DNA of 64,000 bases. Origin: Paragordius varius. Taxonomy: Eukaryota; Animalia; Nematomorpha. Within the stretch, counting starts at the first letter, position 1. Each line of letters starts with the position of its first letter. The stretch lies in the NCBI GenBank assembly GCA_964247055.1, contig OZ176050.1, forward strand, positions 9,734,001-9,798,000, read 5' to 3'. The notes beneath the pieces are model-generated. The model was given only the letters and a program-made list of their open reading frames with translations, did no database searches and was not told where the DNA came from. Of this stretch, positions 1-13,968 are shown piece after piece. A program made the translations under genes and the position numbers.

Positions 1-905
1 ATGTAGTTTTTCCACATCTCCGTACTCTTTTGGATTCCAAACTAATTTGTAATCGAACCATTCCTAAATACAAATACATATATATAATATATATATATAT
101 ATTTGACTAAAATGGACATGTATAAAAAAATCGAACAAAAAAATTGGTCCTAACAATGGTTAAAAATAATATTTATATTTTATTGCCGATATATATAAAC
201 GATTTAGTTGTAGTGTAAGACTAGTAAAATGACTTTATAAAATGTAGCTATTCAATAGATTGCGATTTATGTGTAAAATTAATTTGAAATATTAGTCTAT
301 ACCGGACAACCCGTTTCTCGCATCAAAATATTATTACAAATAATAGTAGTCCTGATACATTGTTATTTGATCAAATTGTCTATATTTTTACCAAATAATT
401 TATATTAAATGAATAAATAACCGAAAGATAAAATACATTTAATGAGTAAACATGTTTGGAAAAGATTTTTTTTGAGTTTGGATATATATATATATGTGGC
501 TTCTTTAAAACATTGTTAATTAAAATTCAAAAAGTTTTTGGAAAATTTTTAATACTTAAAAATTGTATAACAAACCTGTCGGACCCATACATTAGTGGTC
601 ATGATTTGATCCTTTTCGTGCTAGAAAGTTAAATATTATATACAATGAAAATAAGATATAAAGCGCAACAAAAAGTGAAAAAAAACTTTTTAACATTATT
701 ATTATTAATATAAAAATATTTTTACCACATCCAGAATTTGAGTTAACCGCAATCCCAGTTTAATAGTCAATTTTTCGCTGTTATTACCAACCGGTCGTAT
801 CAAACGATTATAATTACTGAGTAAATCATCATAGAGTCTTTTGGCATCGGGATTCCCAAATACCCATAAAAAATTTAAATGCAGAATTAAAAAAATGATT
901 AACAT
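1..905 (-). CDS. Nicotinic acetylcholine receptor subunit, alpha-type N-terminus (5' exons only; gene continues beyond window start). Exons 726-905, 576-620, 1-63 (partial)
   Basis: Spliced translation [60 protein letters not shown]|[15 protein letters not shown]|[21 protein letters not shown]. It shows a signal peptide, Cys-loop receptor N-terminal motifs and the typical 45-nt exon; GT-AG phase-0 introns of 105 and 512 nt. The loop-C vicinal cysteines that define alpha subunits lie outside the window. Confidence 0.93.
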
Positions 906-2325
906 TGCTTGTTGAAAATTATATTAAAAATCAATTAATATGTAGTAAAATAATAGAGCAGGCACAGAGATCTAAGAAATTTTTGTGTTGTGATTAAAAG
1001 AATAGATTGCGGGAGTAGTAATTAGGCTAAAATTAAATATCTATTGATAGTTAAAGAATAAAACACATCCTCATTTAACCGTGTATGTTACAATTGATTA
1101 TCTATGAAAAAAGAGTTTATCATTAAAAAAGAGAAATGCTTAGATGGTTTTGTGGTTGTGGTAAATGAAGGCAAAAAAATCAATTTTTGCCATTGCTCTG
1201 TATGTTTTATCTTAACATTAATATCAAATAATATTTTTTTATAATAAGAGTAATGTTATGTAACAAATAGATAAATATATAAAGTTGTTTTTCCCATTAA
1301 TCTAGTAATCAGGAATCCTATTAAATATTTGGAATTCCTATACATATACATGAAATAGTTACGAAATTTATGTGTCTATTTCATAGATTTTCTCATTATC
1401 CTTAGATTTTAATTTATAGTAAAAACGCACTTTTGCTGGTCAAAATATAACGCTTCCTGCTGAAATTTGTTATTTTTTCGACCTACATCATTGGACAATT
1501 ATAACGATAGCGCCTAAACTTAAATATTATCAAAGCTAAGAGAGGTAAAAATAATGATAGTAGATATCTAATTTTCAGTTTAAACCTTTTGGACTGTTAA
1601 GACCAGTAATCGGAACTAGAACCGTTATGGTTCTGTTATCAATTTGATTTCTTATTCAGTTCCTAGTTTTAATAATAAAATGGTTCTTGTTGGGCAAAAA
1701 TTGTTGGATGGGTATTAGAATTCTATCTATAAAGAAACCAATGTCAACAGGGATCATAAAATGCATAATTTTTTAACTCATTAAAACACATAGGTATTTG
1801 AGTTTGAAAAACGCTGATTATGTAGACCTTCTAAGAGTCCAAAAACCAAAAACTTATTTTAGAATCCATGTAAGTGGTTCCGGTTCCAAAAACAATTTTT
1901 TAATCAAAATGGTTCCGAAGAGCAACAATAATAACGGTAAAATAATATTGTTTACCAAATGTTTTCAATACCTTTTTCCATAAAACAGGTAGTTTTTTAA
2001 TAGTCATGCCATTTTAACCGTCCTAAAAGCGTTAAAGTGCTTAATAAACAAGTTATGTGATGTAGGAAAATATGTCTCGCGATATTTTAAATTTTGTCTA
2101 TATACAAATTAAAAAAACTGATCCTTTTATGTAAATTTTTCATTATTTAGCGCCAAATCAATTAAATATTCAGACGATTATAATAGATAATTATTTTTAA
2201 TATTTTAAAATTCGGAAAATCGCAAAAAATAGTTTCAAATCAACATTTTTGGAGTTAAAATTATAGTTATAATATCTAACAATAGATTTATAATTAATGG
2301 CACCTACTGAGTTAATTTTAAAATA

Positions 2326-3293
2326 TCCAGGAGCAATCGTAATTACAGTTTTTTTGGTAAAAAACACGTATTTTTGATATTGAAATTATTTTTTTATTTT
2401 ATTCAAAATATTGTCCATTGACATCTACACATTCTCGCAGGTAAAATATTAATGTCATTCTGGAAAAACTGAATGTCTTTTTCCGGCAAACCATTCCTCA
2501 AGCAACTTTCAAACGACTTCGAAAGCTCTGCGAATGTGTGCCATATTGATGCGAAGGGTAATATTGAAATGGCGCTATGTTAAGAGAGTACAGCGGATGC
2601 GGAAGAATATTTCATTGAAGCATTTTAAGTTTCATTTATTGGTTTGCTGTGTGAGACGGAGCCTTGTATAGCAACTTTGTCTGCCAGACCATTCCAATCG
2701 TTTTTCTATTAATGCAGGGTTTAAATTAATCATTTGCTTACACATCCTGATCTGGTCCCACTAGATACAAAGCATGGTCTTATTGTAATTCGAATCGGTG
2801 CTCAAAGACCGGCTTCCAAGGTAGTCACAATTTTTCCGTCTCGTATTTACAAAATAAAACCACTTCTCATCACCCGTCACAATTCGATACTAACATGGTT
2901 TCCTTTCCTAACGTTGAAGCAGAAAATCATAATTGGTTTTTCTATTCAACGTTTGTTCAAGTTAAGGGGGCCCATTTACCGAAATTAAAGGTCCTTCCGA
3001 TTGCTAAGACGTCACATTGTTTTTTTGTGAAACATGTGTAATGCTTCTGCTAATTGCCGTTGAGTTTGAGTTGGATCATCACCTAATATTTCTTGCACTT
3101 TATTCGCTGTTGTGTGGTGCACTAGAGGGCCTACTTTCCTCCGAAGCCAACTTTTAGATCTTATAAACCATGCATTCGTGTGGGAGCATGTTATCATATG
3201 TTTCTACCAGAAACGATGATTTTCGATAGCTTTTTTTTCCAGATTTAATAATAATGAATGCTACAAATGTTCTTTTGGCATAAAGTTCCACAT
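2326..3293 (-). mobile_element. Decayed mariner (Mos1-like, DD34D) transposon with internal deletion, stops and frameshifts
   Basis: Fragments on - strand: MWNFMPKEHL*HSLL..KKAIENHRFLVETY (ATG at 3293), ILGDDPTQTQRQLAEAL, KAPSHTA, PHPLYSLNIAP, EEWFAGKD..CVDVNGQYFE* (stop 2399-2401). TIR-like TA|tccaggagcaatcg at about 2326. Confidence 0.88.
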
Positions 3294-4550
3294 GATTACT
3301 GATTAATAAAAATAAGCTTAAAGTCAACTTCTGAGTCTTTGTCGATTAATTTCGGATGGACATGTCATCTGTAAAATTAATGGGCTGCGTTTCGCCTACG
3401 CCTTCTCTTAGTTAAACCGATAATGTATATAATATATATTCAAATACCAGAAATATAATTTTAACTGTTTACACTTAAATGAAACATACGCATTTTAAAT
3501 TATGTATTTTATATATATTTATTGGCACATTAAATGTATTTTAATTTTTAAGTATTTATAATATTAAATTTTGGGCTTATCTTATTTTTAACATTCTCCA
3601 ATCTTTTAGATTCCCATAGCTGGTGAATTTTTTACAGTCTATTGTACGTTTGGGAGGGCTAATTTTTAATGTTAAAATTTCGTTAATCCAAAGGAACGGC
3701 TCCATACAAGAAAAATAATGGCCAACAATGCCAAGCTAATTATAGTATTTCCGTAAATAATAATAACAGTTGTACAACTAAAATTTTTATCATATATTTG
3801 CAATAAAGGTTAAAAGACTCATAGAAGTTTCAATAATTTTAAATTTTTACAAAAATTTTGAGGTTTTTCTAAATTTTAACAGGTTTTAGCAAAAGCTCTG
3901 TTAATTTAAAATTTATTGTAATTATTTTAAATGTATTGGAGATAATCTCGTCCAAAATCTTTGTGCATACACCAGGGGGATCGTGCTAATTTACTAGTTA
4001 AATTTATCAGCTAATTATATAATATTTAGGGAAAACATAGAAATTATGGTTTATCTAAAATACTAACATTGAAAAATTTATGAAGAACGACAGCAAAACC
4101 TTTTTTATCCAGTTCGATGCAGGGATGGGGGGGCAAAAGGTTTATTTAATATAGTCTACATTAAAAATTAATACCCTTTTTAAACATAATTTAGTTTAAA
4201 ATATTAACCAAATCTTTTGTTATACAGTATGCATATTTATATTAGCCTATTCACATTATTGTAGACCAATTGGTAACACATTAGCTTGTGTTAAAAATAA
4301 TGTTGTAAAGAAAAAAATTGTTTAATTTCACCATTTTGTTGTTTTTACCCATACACTACTCTTTTGCCGATTGGCCAACAATAATGTGAGGCCAGCATAA
4401 ATGTGAATACTGTAAATTTAACATTTTAGAATTAGCAACCCAAAAACGTTTAAAAAATCTAAAAATATATATGTGCTTCAATAGGAGATTCACCCATTTT
4501 ATTCTTTTATTATTATTGGTAAAAGTATAGGATATAATATAATTATATAC

Positions 4551-5565
4551 CAGGGCTTGGAACCGGTTAAAAAAAAGTGTAACCAGAACCGGGTCGGTTC
4601 CTAAACAAGTAGAACCGGAACCGCGTTGGTTCTTAAGAATTTAAAAATACAACCGGGCGGTTCTTGAAATTTTAGAACCGGAACCAGGCTGGTTACTTAA
4701 CAAATGGAACAGGAACCGCGTGGGCTCCTAAAAATTTAGCGGTTCCGGATCCGGTTCTAAATTTAAAGAACCAGTTCAATTTTCGGTTCCTGACTTTGAC
4801 TAAATGATTTTCTTACAAAATTATCATAATAATAATAATACAATCAAAATATTAACAATTATAAATCAAACAATTTATTATAAATTTTCAAATTTATAGT
4901 GAAAGAAATATATAGTGTAGCATAATAAATGAAGCAAATTATAAAAATATAATAGGAAATGTATAAGTACAAAGGTATATAATGAGTGTTAAATTAAGTA
5001 TGCCATAAAAAAATCTTCATTTAGTTTTAAAAAATTATTGCACCAAGCAATTCGTTGGTAATCTGCTTCTCATTTGAAAATATAAAACTAAGGGTGAAAA
5101 AACTCCTTTCAACGGAGACCTATATATACGAACATATGTATAACATATAACCTTGAGTTATGACTATTAGTTTATTTAGAAGAGCCGAATCTCCCAAAAT
5201 TGAGAGAGTATCGCTAATATAATATTAGGCGCTTAGTTTTAGGTTTGAGGTTTAAAGTATGTAATTTGTAGTGATAAAATAAAATTTAAATAATAAAATA
5301 AAATTTTTAAAATAAAAATCATATGGGAACCAGTAATTAAGGGGGTGGAACCGAAACCGGGTTGGTTCCTGAACGGTTGGAACCGGAACCGGATTGGTTC
5401 CTTAAAATTTATGAATAAAGCCGGGGTAGTTCCTGTATTGGAATCAGTACCTGGGTGGTTCCCGGGAAAGTGAAACCGAAACCGCGTTGGTTCCATCCAA
5501 ATGGAACCGGTTCTTGTTAAAATCCCAGAAACCGAGTTTCCATGCGGTTCCGGTTCCAAGCCCTG
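4551..5565. mobile_element. Non-autonomous hAT element (1,015 bp) with subterminal GAACCGGAACCG arrays
   Basis: TIR CAGGGCTTGGAACCGG at 4551 and CCGGTTCCAAGCCCTG ending 5565; perfect 8-bp TSD TTATATAC (4543-4550 and 5566-5573). ORFs 5239-5559 and 5501-5809 are translations of these repeats. Confidence 0.9.
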
Positions 5566-6825
5566 TTATATACCATTTACACTTCAAACCTTGAACAATT
5601 TAAACCCTCGAATAATTCAAGTTCATCCTAAAATAAATTATGTGTTTTGTAAGATTAAAAATTATATATTTTTTTGTATTTTTAAAAAAATGATATGTCG
5701 TTTAAAATTAAAATATACTGAAAAAATAATAAACTATGCCATAAAGATATATTTCATAATAATGATGAGTTATATTAGCCCGAAAATTCATAATTTATTT
5801 TTAGGGTGAATTTAAATTGTTTGAGGGTGAATTTGAATTGTAAATGGTATATTTATAACTTACAGCCAATAGCTATTCAGCTGTTTAAAATAATCGTTTA
5901 TGTATGATGAAATTCTGCCTATATTCTAACTAAAAATTTAGTTTTTGGAAAATGTATTTTTACATTAATTATTAAATAGGCTCAGTTTTTCACAACGTGT
6001 AATCCTATTTAAATTGAAAATTGGTTTTGATCTCATTTTATGCGCAAAAACTATGTAAAGTTAATTTTGTTCCGGGTTGCCTTCCCTAAAAATGGAATTT
6101 TAACAATTGTGCAAAAATCTTTTAAACCAATTTTTGAAAAACGTTTAACCCATTTAAACCCTTTGATGATTACCTGGGTGTAGTGTGACTCATAAAAGGA
6201 ACATGCAAAAATCCAGAATAGCATTTTTTTAATATTGGTGTATAATTAATCAAAAAGAACCTAATAATTCTTTGTTTGCCTATAATGTAACGAAAAATTA
6301 ATTAAAATAGGCGCCTGGATTTTACACTTAAAAATAAAGTTTACCATTATTTTAAATTTATATCACATTCTCGATAAACATATTAAAATATCATGATTGG
6401 ATATTTTTATGAGCGAGAAGAACAAATATGATTGAATTCCCTTGTAATTTTCCAGTTACATTCAATCTAAAATATCCAATGAATTTGCTCAACACAATAA
6501 TGCTATGATAGGAAATATAAAACCGGATATTCGGTTGTTAAATGCAGTCATTAACGATAATCAGTAGCCACAAATGTGAACAAATGAATAAGAAAATAGT
6601 GTTAATAAAGTAAAAAATATAAATTATATGATGATTTTGACTGTTTTGAAAGGGGTCTCAGACAATCATCATGAATTTTATTCGATTAAATACATTCCTA
6701 ACCACAACATTACTTGTTTCTACATAAAGGCAAATATTTGGAAGAGTAATCAGGCAAACGTAAAAATATTTATTTATATTTTTGGATAGGAAAAAATATA
6801 TAGCTATTAGTATATTAATTCAAAT

Positions 6826-7172
6826 TTAATAATTAGTTGCTTGGTACACATGGAAAACAAGACGATGACTCTTATTGGACCGCTTTTGTCGAGACTTAAC
6901 GAATTGTTCATCCTCCTTACTATCATTACGTATCCGATTAATATCTGGAATAAATGTAGAATTCGCATCCTGTGAATTGGACAAAGTATTTGGTGCATTT
7001 TCCACTTCGTTTCCCTCCTTTTGTGGATGAATATAGGCGGAACAATCATTTGATCGGGTAAGTTTTCGCGGCAGATTTTGAATGCATAGATGTTTTTGTA
7101 TAAGATGTAGAAATTGATTATAGGTCATTTCTGGGATTGGGTCCAGCGAGCGCCTATAAAAAAATAATTTAC

Positions 7173-7222
<50 letters not shown>

Positions 7223-8853
7223 GGTTATTGTAGGTGGGTTTTATTTAATTTTTTTATTAATATTTCATGTGGTGGGTTTTATTTTTTTATAGATTACTAA
7301 ATTAAATTTATATTTTTTTGAATTGTATCTTCGTTATTTATTAAACTCGGACGCAATTGACTCTTGGGAAAAACTACAAATTTTAATGTATGATTACTCA
7401 AAGAATACATCATTTAACTATAAAATTATTTTCCCATATTTATGTTTTTAGGCGAAACAGCTGTTTTGCGCTTGTTTTATATGTATACCGCTACTTCACA
7501 TGTTGAATCTAAAAGTGTTTTAGCATCGAGATAAGAAAAACATTAAACCAGGCCCAAATTTTTATAAGCTAAACCAAACTATTTATAAAATGATATAATG
7601 CTTATACGAGTTTATGACGACTAAAGCATGGCTAGGATGGCAACGTTTCCCACTATCATCGTATTTATAACAGGAGTAGATGATTGAATAGTTATAATCT
7701 GTGTAAATGACACGAAATGTTACATTCCTATAATTTTTTCCATCTTCATCCATGTAATAAGTGTTGATGTTTCCTGGTATCTTGGCATCTATATAAGCGA
7801 GTACGACAGAGGGACCAACACATCGTTCAAATCTACCAAGCCGATCAATGTTAAATTTATGAAAATTTTATTGTAATAATATAAAAATTAGTGCACACGA
7901 AAACTTGCATTCAAAAGCGTTTTTTTAGTTAATTGCAATCAGTTACAATACATGCATGCAAGTATGATGTTAGTGCAACAATTTAAATAGCAGCGCATAT
8001 ATATTTGTGTAATAATAAACATATCATTCCAATATATATATATTTGCAGGCTGATGAGGTTCTCATTCACAAATAATAATTTCTTAGATGTTGTATCACG
8101 TAACATGCCTGTTTACATACATATATATATTGGAAAAATATGTTTATTATACTGCTTATTTTCCTCTTCATACATGTATCCGGCATGATGAATCCTAAAA
8201 GCATTCTCTTGTTCTTCCAGAGGAATGTGTTCGGTTATTGAACTCTCAAAATTGTATTCGCTAATAGGAACTGTTTCTGCATAAGCATACCATGTGCCCA
8301 TGAACTATGTAGGATACAGTGTGGGTAATGAAATAGAAAAAAATATATTAGAGTATTACAAATAAAACTCTTACTACCCATACAATTTATTCATTATAAT
8401 CGTGATAAATACTGAAAAATGATTTTATCCATTTTATATTAATTATGTGCCAACATATTTTTTTTAAATTTTCTTATCAGACAACACGATGCAGTCGAAA
8501 CGATATTCAAGAATATCTGTCATATCATTCGCTTAACTAAAGATTACAAAAAAATTCTTTTAAAGAGTCCAATAAAATTGTCTTACTAGAGTCATATTAA
8601 TATCAAGATGATTTTGGATTTCAGTTTCTATGCATTTTTCATTGTGTGGCTTCAGTGTTTGCATAGTGGGTCTTTGTTGTGACCTTGGCATCAGTGTTCT
8701 CGGCCTTCTCCTTTCATAACTTCTTGCTAACAATTAATTTATAAATTACATCAAAAATATAGGTAAAGATGTATTTTTTGTAAAAACGAATTTACCAGTC
8801 GCTTTCCAAATTAACGGAATAAATATTAGGATAATTATATAATATTTATACAT
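6826..8853 (-). CDS. Secreted lipocalin, RBP4/purpurin-like, 293 aa. Exons 8796-8853, 8587-8726, 8174-8304, 7608-7832, 6826-7153
   Basis: Exon phases join without stops (882 nt). Signal peptide MYKYYIIILIFIPLIWKATA; SCR1 FMGTWYAYA; SCR2 RVIYTDYNYSIIYSC; SCR3 INSRSLDP; six Cys in the RBP4 pattern. Introns 69, 282, 341 and 454 nt, all GT-AG. Confidence 0.88.
7177..7220. repeat. (AT)n microsatellite
   Basis: Visible dinucleotide run in the last lipocalin intron. Similar (AT)n tracts occur at about 26488-26535, 31360-31382 and 31945-31976. Confidence 0.9.
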
Positions 8854-11527
8854 GTTTTTTTTAAAAAATGTTATTAAGAATATCTTGATTAGCTTTAGAA
8901 AAATGAATGTGGAGCGAAAAAATAAGCAAATGACAATATTTAAATTCAACAGTATGTTATGGAATCGGCGTTGAGAAATTGAACTTTGTGACAAATTTTA
9001 TAATTTATGATTCCATTATTTTCGTGTTTTCATTTATTTCAAAAATTAGGCATTTTTAGTGATGTTGATTTCGTATATAATTTGCAAAATAAATTTCCCC
9101 AATAAATAAATAATTCTATAGTTCAAATTTTATTTATATATTTGTAAAAAATATGAAAAATTGTGCAGTTTTTCAATATTTAAGTTTCGTATATGGACAG
9201 ACAAAGTATGATGCGTATAATACTTGTTTTGGTTGTTTTGCAAATTTTTGAGGTAATTTTAAAATTTTGCCTTCGGAATTATAAAGTACAAACATGAATT
9301 CACATTAATGATGTAGTGTTGTACTTGTTTCGTATTTATGTCAAGATGACAAAATAAATTCTAGATTTGACAATCTTTTTTCTAAATATTTCCAAGTTGC
9401 AAGTCATTATGTTATGTGTAAACAGCACTATTAGGATAGATAAAATTGTGGACAGATTTTTTGAATAATATAAATGATGAAACATTTTATTTCTATGATA
9501 TATTGTCATGCATGGTATATAATTTGGTTTTAGGCTCATTAAAAATGGCAAAATTTAGGTTGTTTTTTGTGGTCTGAAATTAGGTATCTATTATTGTTTA
9601 AAAAATATTCCAAAATTTATAGTTATATTACAATTGCAAAATAAATTTACGGATAAACTTATTACACAAGTGTATTCTTCAATTTTCTATTTTAGTATTA
9701 TGCCTTACAAAAAATGTCTAACCAGTTTCGGAGGCGAATGGCAAAAACTACCATGATAATGATATATATAATGGGATTTTCCAAAAAAGTGTGTATACGA
9801 TAAAAACAATGTCACACTAAATACGTTACTTCTTAAATTATAATATATTCATAAAATAGCCTTTAAATTTAAATTAATTCTTTTTTTGGTTATAAAGGAC
9901 AAGCGAATTTTGAAAATTAAGGTTAATATCAATGCAGTTTGTTCAATTTTTAAAAGAATAAATTGAAATTTTAGTAAAAGAAATATTTTAACATATTTTA
10001 TGATAATTTTTGTATAATGCAATTAGATACTAAATCTATATTCTCATTACAAAATATAAAATATTTGTGCCAGAACTCTCAACTGCGTATGCAGCGAATA
10101 AAACAATTTTAATATTTTCTATTTTATACATTAAGCTTTGATGCAAATTGAACTCTCGATTTTTAATCTAGATGCAGATTTTAACAAAAAATCATTGTTG
10201 AATAAAATAAATATACTAGGAATATAATACGTTCAAAAAGATTGCTTCATTTCTGAAAAGATAGATATTTTGATTTTACTTAAACAAACACTCATACTCA
10301 CCATATGATAAAAGTATAAAATATGTCTTAAATTAATATCCACAATACTTAGTATATCTGTATCATTAAATTTGGATTATCATTTACTTAACCCATTACA
10401 GTAAAAAAACTGCGGGATCACCTAGTGGTTCATTCCAATGGAGGGCTAAAAGGCGTTCTTTTTGTTTTTTTGCTCTGAGTTAATAATTTCAAAGGAGGGG
10501 TAGCATTAATAACATTCCTGTAACATTTTTAGCATTTTACAATAAAAAATGTTTTTTCATATATTATTTGAAAACTAAAAGCCTTAGCAATGAATATGGA
10601 AATGAAGAATTGGATAAAATAATTAATATATTTATTTTTCTGCTATTAGCCATAATAAAAAAATCGCATCTTTTTACACATTAGGTCGAATAATATAAAA
10701 TAAAGCATTAGCTTATTTTTTAATTAATATGTATCAAGTTTTCACAGGGTAGTTGAAAGCTCACAAGAATCAATTACTTTGACGTGATATTTAAATCAAA
10801 AATTGCGACTATTATATAAATTTAATTTTTACTAAAACTATCAGAATTAAAAAATAATGTCCAAGCCGCCTTAAAAGGCGAATTAAGATTATGAGTATTT
10901 GTTAAGTAATTTTTACATAGCAGAAGTGGCATATAATGTTCCTTATAACCTTTAGTATATGTGACACTTTATCTATACAAATCGATGAAAGATAATTCAG
11001 TTTTTTATTTAGAAAGTTTTTTATCAGATCAAATAATTAAATATTCATTTGAACAGGCTTATTTACAACGCTCATTAATATGGGCAAAATTAAGTCGGCT
11101 AAACGGCTCATTAATATGGCCCTGAATAAGGGGATAATTTCAAAACATGGCTGAAATTTTAATGGTTATGAGTCTTTATTTTATGTGATTACATGAAAAA
11201 CACCTCTATCCGAGCACTCATGGCTAGCATTTAGGAATTAAGTTAAATTATAATTAGTATTGTTTGTTACTGCAATCATTAACGGTGTCATATGTACATA
11301 ACACCATAGAAATTTGGCTGACAAAATCTTTTAGAGTTGTCAACTAAATAAAAAATGGATAAATTTTCAAAATCAATTTTGCATATAAATGATATAGCAT
11401 TAATACCATTGTTTAATTTTGTTATATCACCTTATGAACATCTATTTAATTTATAACAATCAAAGTCATTTATCAACCCCTATTAGAAATATGTTTAGCA
11501 AAATACGATACTATACAAAAGTTAAAG

Positions 11528-11899
11528 CAGGGGCGTACCGATGGGGGGGCAAGGGGGTGCATCATGCCCCGGGCGCCGTTATTTAGGGGCGATGATTTTT
11601 AATTAAACTTTAATTATGCACTAAGAACTTTCAAATGAGATTTTTCAGCAATTTAGGTAATCCCTATAATATATACTCTATTATTCACCTAATTAGTACC
11701 ACTGAGTAAATTTAGTATCATATAAATATATATATATTTAATAGATTTAAAATTTACATGACTGTGCTGTCTTATCTATGGTGTTTAGGCTACAACGTTT
11801 GTATTTTTTTCTAAATTATTTTATTGGCTTGGGGGGGGGGGGGGGGGGCGCCATAAAAGTCATATGCCCCGGGCGCCGCAAATGCTCGGTACGCCACTG
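11528..11899. mobile_element. hAT-type MITE (372 bp)
   Basis: TIR CAGGGGCGTACCGA / TCGGTACGCCACTG; perfect 8-bp TSD AGTTAAAG (11520-11527 and 11900-11907); internal repeated ATGCCCCGGGCGCCG and a G-run. Confidence 0.88.
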
Positions 11900-12306
11900 A
11901 GTTAAAGCACACAATAACTTAATTTATAGTTTTAGTATCCCTTCAAAAACATACTATTAAACCCAATTGTATCCTTCACTATTCTTAAATCTATGATAAG
12001 ATAATTTATCACCATATTCTATCAAAGTTATAGACAATATACTTTTTTTTATCTTTACTCATATATATGGCGTATGATAGGTAAGATAAGTTGAAATATC
12101 ACAACAAATGCTCCTTATCCATTTCAATTCGATAAAAATGGAATAATCAATCTAAAAATATTTTTATTCCAAAAATATGATATCTTGTATGCGTTATTTA
12201 TTAGGATATTTTAGAATGTCCAAGGGCTCATAAGGTTTTTAAGAATATTGATGTAAACTTTACTACAATATTTTTAAATATTTTAATATTTGCATGCGCA
12301 AAAATG

Positions 12307-12510
12307 TTATGGATAAATATAATAAAATGAAGTAGCAAAGAATGCTGTATGATCTTTATTTCTTTTATGATTGCTGCCAAACACTATGTCATCAGTCATG
12401 TTATTTGCATTCTCAGTTGTCATATTTTTATAATTTGCTCTACTTTGATTACTACATTTCCAAATATCTAGTAAATGTAATTGCAATAATACTTCAACTC
12501 TTGTTATCAA
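12307..12510 (-). mobile_element. Possible decayed hAT transposase fragment
   Basis: NMTTENANNM...NHKRNKDHTAF loosely resembles the hAT TTDNAxNM...HxxCxAH region. No termini were found. Confidence 0.3.
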
Positions 12511-13968
12511 ATGTTTTTAATGAACTTCTTTCGCACATAATACAGTGCATTGAAAGTAATTATTGTTATAAAAAATCCATCAAGATTCCATGATGCTTTT
12601 TTGGTTATTAGGATAAATGGCATAATTACAAATTAGCTAAATAATTTTTTTGGTAGAAACTTATGCTTTATTCCAAAAAATTTTATTAATATATTTTTTG
12701 CCTAAATTTGAAGGCAAACATATCTATATATTAAATTTTAATTTTATATGGGCTCCGAAAGTTACACATTTTAAGACTTGGCTATGAGCTAGTTTATTAA
12801 AAAACGCAAAAGATCCGATATTGCTCGATAAGAATTTTTAATGTATGTTGGATTAAATTGAAAATAAATTGTTTTTAAAAGGAAGCATACTTTGCTTCAA
12901 TTATAAAATTTTATTGAAGCGCGTTGGTATCTTGAAGCATGATGAAAATGGTTCAATAAACGGTTACTACATATATGCTGCTGACTACCACCTCAAAATT
13001 GTGATTAAATGATACATTTTTATCAATTTGATTTTTTAAAGAACACGTAATTTTTATTTAACATTAATTTTGAAAGCGCAAAATTTTTATTAAAAATTTG
13101 AGATAAAAATATTTATAATCTTGGAATTATGTCAAAAAGCGTTTATATAATATCTTATGTTTTTATACCGTTTCTATCTTGATTTAAAATACAATAAAAA
13201 ATTGGTCTTACAAAATTAAGCCATAATCTTAATTTAAAACAAATGTTTTTAAAAAAATTATTTTGATGCCAAAATTTATCATATATCAATAAAATTTCAT
13301 CACGTATCAGCTCTTTTGTCTTCATTCAAAAAAGCCTAATTTGGCGAGTCTTAAAATGTTATACTTTCAGAGCTCATATACAAACAATATTAGTGGTTTT
13401 TTTTTATAAAAAACCAATTTACATCATCTTATATTTTTTACCGCTCCAGACGGTCAATTTATCTAAGATAGTTGTCCGAAACTTCCAGTTGTAGAGTCCT
13501 GTTTTTATTATGACACTTTTAAATAAAATTATATATCTCTTGGTAAAGATCATAAATTAAAAATTATATGAAATATGTAAATTTAATATTTTATATTTAT
13601 TGAATTTTTATATAGGTTAAGTATTATTAAAAATTTATTTTTTAAGCAAGTTATCTTTGAAGATTTAAAATTGGTATAATTTTTATCCCCTTGAATTAAA
13701 AAACCTTCCTAAAACTGTCATCGATCGCATAATGATCGAAAACATTTACATGATAACTTTGGCCTGAAATTAAAATATACCACAGTACTCCTATTATTTA
13801 CCAACAATGAATGCGACAATGTTTACGCTATTAATAAGTTGTGTCACTTGGCGTAAACCAGCTTACTATATCTAATAATTGATATGAACAAATGTCATAT
13901 GTCTATATTTCCTTAACCAGTTGTACCTTTAAGTTCTTTTATATGTAAAAATTATTAAAGCATTTTGA

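Noticed and set aside
5239-5809. ORFs of 106 and 102 aa on opposite strands
   Set aside because: They are translations of the GAACCGGAACC arrays of the hAT element, with no protein motifs.
8051-8075. CTGATGAG hammerhead-like core in a lipocalin intron
   Set aside because: No stem II closure or downstream GAAA.
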